Source: a bacterium (GTDB lineage Bacteria > Zhuqueibacterota > Zhuqueibacteria > Residuimicrobiales > Krinioviventaceae). Taken from it: 64,000 nt of DNA. Location: positions 6,400,001 to 6,464,000 of the forward strand of contig OY843751.1 in NCBI GenBank assembly GCA_963693055.1, given 5' to 3'. Below the pieces are notes generated by a model that saw nothing but the letters and a program-made list of their open reading frames with translations, was not told the DNA's origin and made no database searches. Positions 59,450 to 64,000 of the stretch are shown one piece after another. The position numbers and the translations under genes are program-made. Numbering within the stretch: position 1 is the first letter of the stretch; each line of letters begins with the position of its first letter.

Positions 59450-60148
59450 TTAGAATGGACGAATTTTAATGTTACGATAAGAAACCGTGTCTCCATGGTC
59501 CTGAAGCAGAATGTGACCGGTTTTGAATGTAGCAAAATCCGTTTTATCTTTAAATTTACTATGCAAGATCAATTGGCGGAAACAGGGACAGAAACGATCA
59601 TATTTAACAACCAGCTTGCCATTCAACCAATGTTCTACGTGACCACCATCCACAAGAATGCGGACGCTGTTCCATTCCCCAATGGGGTTGAGTTCACGAT
59701 TTTGTGCGGGAATCAGATCATACAATGAACCAAACTGACGGTTGTTGTTTACTCCCAGTTTTGCATCGGGGTGTACATCATCATCCAATACCTGGAATTC
59801 ACAACCAACGCCATTACCTTCCTGGATAAAGTATTTAATTCCGCTGTTGGCACCTTTGGTTAATTTAACATCAAGTGTTAATTCGAAATTTTCAAAAGCT
59901 TCAGTTGTAATAATATCTCCACCGCGCTCTTTTGAGAGTACAGAAAGTATTCCATCTTTAATTTCCCAGCCTTTATCTGGAAAGCCTTTACCCCGGTTAC
60001 TTTTCCAACCTGTACTTGTTTTGCCATCGAACAACAATTTCCAACCCTGCGCTTTTTCTGTTGAACAAAGCTGATTGTCGGTCTGGGCAAATGTCATAGA
60101 GACCAATGTCATGACTACAAGACACACAAAAACGGTCAGGTTTTTCAT
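59450..60148 (-). CDS. DUF1080 (3-keto-disaccharide hydrolase-like)
   Basis: GWKLLFDG, NSGIKY, EFQVLDD, GEWN, LQDHG..VSYRNIKI. Confidence 0.9.
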   Translation of the reverse strand: MKNLTVFVCLVVMTLVSMTFAQTDNQLCSTEKAQGWKLLFDGKTSTGWKSNRGKGFPDKGWEIKDGILSVLSKERGGDIITTEAFENFELTLDVKLTKGANSGIKYFIQEGNGVGCEFQVLDDDVHPDAKLGVNNNRQFGSLYDLIPAQNRELNPIGEWNSVRILVDGGHVEHWLNGKLVVKYDRFCPCFRQLILHSKFKDKTDFATFKTGHILLQDHGDTVSYRNIKIRPF

Positions 60149-60245
60149 ATAAAACTCCTCATAAAAAAGTATGATTTTGCAACAACTCTACCCGTGAACA
60201 GAAAACTTTCTGTCAGTTATTGCTTTTATCTTTTTCCCAATATAC

Positions 60246-60291
60246 AAAAAAAAAGGCCTGAACCAAAGAAAAATATGAACCGGTTCAAGCC
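60246..60291 (-). terminator. Intrinsic terminator
   Basis: ggcctgaacc/ggttcaagcc stem with U9 on the minus strand. Confidence 0.7.
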
Positions 60292-60315
60292 ATTGTATTT
60301 TATTTGGTTTATGAA

Positions 60316-61899
60316 TTATTCTTCATGTATGGGTACCAGGGGAGGAAGTTTGTAATATTCGCGAAGACGGACCAGCTCTTTTTTCAATTTCTGAATGGTA
60401 TCAGCATATTGGGGATTGTCGTACTGGCTTTTCATCTCGTTTGGATCTTTTTCCAGATCATAAAATTCCCATTCGTTAAGATCATAATAATTAATCAATT
60501 TATATCGTTTTGTTGCAACGCCTTCGTGTCTGCGCACACTGTGTACGGCGGGGTATTCATAATAATGGTAATACAGTGATTTCCGCCAGTCTGCCGGTGT
60601 TTTTCCTTTCAAAATGGGAACAAGACTTTCACCCTGCATGTCTTGCGGTTGTTCAAGGCCTGCAATGTCTAAAAATGTTTGAGCAAAGTCGAGGTTTGAC
60701 GTTAGATCTGTATTAACTGTTCCCGCAGGTGTAACACCGGGCCATTTGGCCAGCAATGGAGTACGGTAGGATTCTTCATACATGAATCGTTTGTCAAACC
60801 AGCCATGCTCACCCAGATAAAAGCCCTGGTCAGAAGAATACATAACGACAGTATTGTCTGCCAGCCCGCTTTCCTGCAAATAATTGAGCACTCTGCCTAC
60901 ACTTTCGTCTACCGCGCGGATGCAGCCCAAATAGTCCTGCAGATAGCGCTGGTATTTCCATTTGACCAGTTCTTTACCCTCAAGGTTAGCTTTGCGATAG
61001 TATTCGTTTTTAGGCTCGTAAGCTTTGTCCCAGGCGGCACGTTGAACATCTGTCATGCGCCCATGAATGCGTCTTTCCAGTTCTTTGTCTTTGGCTTTCA
61101 AGGTCTTGACTTTAAGGTCGGTTACAATGCGCATGGTTTTGTCGATTGTCATATCTTGTTTATGAGCGGCAGTACCACGTCCGCTGTAATCGTCAAACAG
61201 GCTTGGAGGTTCCGGAAATTTAACATCATCAAAAATGTTGAGATGACGTATGGCAGGAGACCATTCACGGTGAGGTGCTTTGTGCTGCATCATGAGAATA
61301 AAAGGCTTTTCGGTATCACGACCTTCTTTGAGCCAGTTGATTGCTTTGTCTGTAATAAGATCAGTAACATATCCGTTTTCCTGATGAGTTCCTTCAGCCG
61401 TACGAAAATCCGGATTATAGTAATGGCCCTGACCGGGTAATACTTCCCAGTAATCAAATCCGGTAGGTTCGGCTTTCAGGTGCCACTTGCCAAGTATAGC
61501 TGTTTGATAGCCGCCTGACTGCATTAATTTGGGGAATGTTTGCTGGGTGTTGTCGAATACGTCTTTATTGTCTTTAACGGAATTGAGATGACTGTGTTTG
61601 CCTGTTTGAATGGTTGCCCGAGATGGCGCGCAGATGGAATTGGTTACATAGCATTTGTCAAAACGGATTCCCTCATTTGCAATTCTGTCAATATTAGGTG
61701 TGGGAGCAACTTCTGCCAGGCGGTCTTTATACGCGCTGATGGCCTGGTAAGCATGGTCATCGGAAAAGATGAACAGAATGTTGGGCTTTTTTTTAAACAA
61801 TCCACATCCGGTAATGCCGGATGAAAACAGGGTCAACGCTGCTGCACCTCCACCCATTTTTTTTAGAAACGATCTTCGAGATTCCTGGTTTTTGTGCAT
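60316..61899 (-). CDS. Formylglycine-dependent sulfatase (S1), Tat-exported
   Basis: SRRSFLK; [10 protein letters not shown]; CAPSRA; GKWHL; SDQG. Confidence 0.93.
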   Translation of the reverse strand: MHKNQESRRSFLKKMGGGAAALTLFSSGITGCGLFKKKPNILFIFSDDHAYQAISAYKDRLAEVAPTPNIDRIANEGIRFDKCYVTNSICAPSRATIQTGKHSHLNSVKDNKDVFDNTQQTFPKLMQSGGYQTAILGKWHLKAEPTGFDYWEVLPGQGHYYNPDFRTAEGTHQENGYVTDLITDKAINWLKEGRDTEKPFILMMQHKAPHREWSPAIRHLNIFDDVKFPEPPSLFDDYSGRGTAAHKQDMTIDKTMRIVTDLKVKTLKAKDKELERRIHGRMTDVQRAAWDKAYEPKNEYYRKANLEGKELVKWKYQRYLQDYLGCIRAVDESVGRVLNYLQESGLADNTVVMYSSDQGFYLGEHGWFDKRFMYEESYRTPLLAKWPGVTPAGTVNTDLTSNLDFAQTFLDIAGLEQPQDMQGESLVPILKGKTPADWRKSLYYHYYEYPAVHSVRRHEGVATKRYKLINYYDLNEWEFYDLEKDPNEMKSQYDNPQYADTIQKLKKELVRLREYYKLPPLVPIHEE

Positions 61900-61962
61900 A
61901 AAAGCCTCTCTTTATGATTTAATGGATTTATGCTATTTTGACTGGTTTTTGCTAAATATTGA

Positions 61963-62490
61963 CTAGACTGATTTGTAACGATTTATAAAAATTTTACTAT
62001 TTTTTAATTCTTTGTCTGGTGTTTTGGTGTTTTCTTCATCGGGATACCCCAATGCAATAATGGATTCGATTTTGACATTTCTGGGGATATGTAGTAATTG
62101 TTGAATGTACGCTTCTGATGTTTGACCGCTCTCATGCATACGATTGCGAATCTGTATCCAGCAGCTGCCAAGGCCCAGAGACTCTGCTGTTAATTGAGCA
62201 ATGATAGAAGCTATTGAGCAGTCTTCTATCCAAACATCGCTTTGGTTATCGTCACCGCACACCAGAATACCTAATGGCGCGTTTGCAAGGAACGCGGCTC
62301 CATGCGGCTTAGCAGTAGCCAGCTTTGTTAACAAATTCCGATCATCTATTATAATGAATTCCCAGGGTGTTCTGTTTTTGGAAGAGGGAGAGCGCAAGAT
62401 GGCTTCTTTAATGATTTCTATATGTTCAGGGCTGACGGGTTTGTTCTCAAAGTGCCTTACGCTTTTCCTGTTTCGTAATATATTAATCAT
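61963..62490 (-). CDS. Nitroreductase family protein
   Basis: RKSVRHF, SPSSKN.PWEF, GLGSCWI, ALGYP. Confidence 0.9.
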   Translation of the reverse strand: MINILRNRKSVRHFENKPVSPEHIEIIKEAILRSPSSKNRTPWEFIIIDDRNLLTKLATAKPHGAAFLANAPLGILVCGDDNQSDVWIEDCSIASIIAQLTAESLGLGSCWIQIRNRMHESGQTSEAYIQQLLHIPRNVKIESIIALGYPDEENTKTPDKELKNSKIFINRYKSV

Positions 62491-62750
62491 TTTAATGGTC
62501 CCATATCTATGAATATCCTATAGTTGAATATATTATCTGAATAGCAATGAAGCAATAAAAAAGTCTGACATTTTGAGGTTATTCTCTAATATTCATGGCT
62601 GAAATATTTGAGAATAACCAGTTTGGATATATGCCTGGAAATTTTAGTGGCATATTATAAAAAAAGTATTAATTTATTAATGGGTATATTTGGGAAAAAT
62701 AATGGGATTGTATTCTCAAAAAGATATTTTCCTGATCGGAGGTCGAAACT

Positions 62751-63953
62751 ATGGTAAAATCCATTGATCGCAGAAAATTTATTGCCGGGACAGGTGCAGC
62801 GGCATTAACATTTTCTATTGTCAAACCCGAACAAGTCAGAGGGTCAGTAGCCAATTCAAAGTTGGAATTGGGATTGATAGGCTGTGGGGGACGTGGTAAA
62901 TGGATCGCAAAGCTGTTCGAGGAGCATGAAGGTTATCGATTTACGGCAGGGGCAGATTATTTTCAAGATAAAATAGATGTATTTCAGGAACAATTTAATA
63001 TAGAAAAAACACGGTGCTTTACCGGTTTGGATGGATATAAACGGCTTTTAGACAGTAAGGTGGATGCAATAGTTGTTCAAAGCCCGCCATATTTTCATCC
63101 CATGCATGCTGCTGCCGGAGTGGAAGCAGGAGTGCATGTGTATCTTGCAAAACCGGTTGCTGTTGATGTGCCGGGCACACTTTCCGTTGAGAAAAGTGGT
63201 AAAAAGGCAACAGAAAAGGGACTTGTATTTCTGGTTGATTTTCAAACGCGCGCGCATGAGTATTATCAGGAGGCAGTAAAACGGGTACAGTTTGGTGATA
63301 TTGGTCCCATTGTTTCGGGAGAAGCCAGTTATTTTGCTGGTATTACCTGGGGCAAGGCTTATGATTTGTACAAACAAACCCCGCTCAGTGCTGAGAACAG
63401 GCTCCGTGGTTGGGGGCTTGACCAGGCACTCTCTGGCGATGTAATTACTGAGCAGAATATTCACGCGCTTGATGTAGCAAGCTGGATATTGGACGCGCAT
63501 CCTGAATCGGCAATTGGAACCTGCGGAAGAAACCGCAAGTATGGCGATTGTAATGATCATTTTTCCGTGATGTTTACATTTCCCGGCAATGTAGTGGTTA
63601 CTTTTAATTCCAAGCAGTTTGGCAAAGGGTATGATGATATTTTGTGCAGAATGTATGGAACCCGTGGTACTTTAGATACACATTATTTTGGCTCTGTGAG
63701 CATTCAGGGTGACAAACCCTATAAAGGCGGTGAGCTGGGTCATCTGTATAAAGATGGCGCTGTTAGTAATATTGCGGATTTTCAAAAGTTTATTTCGAGC
63801 GGACAAACTGCAAACACAACTGTACCTGCAAGTGTACGCAGTAATTTGACTACTATTCTGGGACGTACAGCCGCTTATCAAAAGAAACTGATCTCGTGGC
63901 AGGAAATGATGACTGCAAATGAAGAATTAATACCCGATTTAGCCGGATTGTAA
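62751..63953 (+). CDS. Gfo/Idh/MocA oxidoreductase, Tat-exported
   Basis: DRRKFIA; GCGGRG; SPPYFH; AKP; EQNIHALD. Confidence 0.9.
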   Translation: MVKSIDRRKFIAGTGAAALTFSIVKPEQVRGSVANSKLELGLIGCGGRGKWIAKLFEEHEGYRFTAGADYFQDKIDVFQEQFNIEKTRCFTGLDGYKRLLDSKVDAIVVQSPPYFHPMHAAAGVEAGVHVYLAKPVAVDVPGTLSVEKSGKKATEKGLVFLVDFQTRAHEYYQEAVKRVQFGDIGPIVSGEASYFAGITWGKAYDLYKQTPLSAENRLRGWGLDQALSGDVITEQNIHALDVASWILDAHPESAIGTCGRNRKYGDCNDHFSVMFTFPGNVVVTFNSKQFGKGYDDILCRMYGTRGTLDTHYFGSVSIQGDKPYKGGELGHLYKDGAVSNIADFQKFISSGQTANTTVPASVRSNLTTILGRTAAYQKKLISWQEMMTANEELIPDLAGL

Positions 63954-63969
63954 AAGCAGGAAACCCGCA

Positions 63970-64000
63970 ATGAAATCAAAAATGTTTTTTGCAGTATTGA
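63970..64000 (+). CDS. Start of next gene (3'-partial), signal-peptide-like
   Basis: AGGA RBS then MKSKMFFAVL, running off the window. Confidence 0.4.
   Translation, partial: MKSKMFFAVL

Overview
64 kb from an AT-rich bacterial genome. The NYPNPFNP-type C-terminal domain, many Tat-exported enzymes and cytochrome content suggest an FCB-related lineage such as KSB1/Calditrichota (inference). Most of the window is carbohydrate catabolism: GH33, two GH78, two GH28, PL22, GH39, a sulfatase, three Tat Gfo/Idh/MocA proteins, two DUF1080 proteins and GntP. It also holds a multi-PAS kinase, a LytS/LytTR pair and a CydA-like membrane protein fused to 8 CxxCH motifs with a partner subunit. The most unusual region is 39.7-45.0 kb. 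There, two divergent beta-barrel cassettes each carry a ~93% identical ~150-nt structured leader directly behind a TTGACA-17-TA(T/C)CT-type promoter, and each leader ends in an 11-codon uORF. The gene after each barrel is truncated. In cassette 2 it is interrupted by a REP-flanked RAYT pseudogene, and an IS1182-family element sits in the loop of a nearby palindrome. I saw no rRNA, tRNA, CRISPR array or reverse transcriptase. All calls were made by eye, without database searches.
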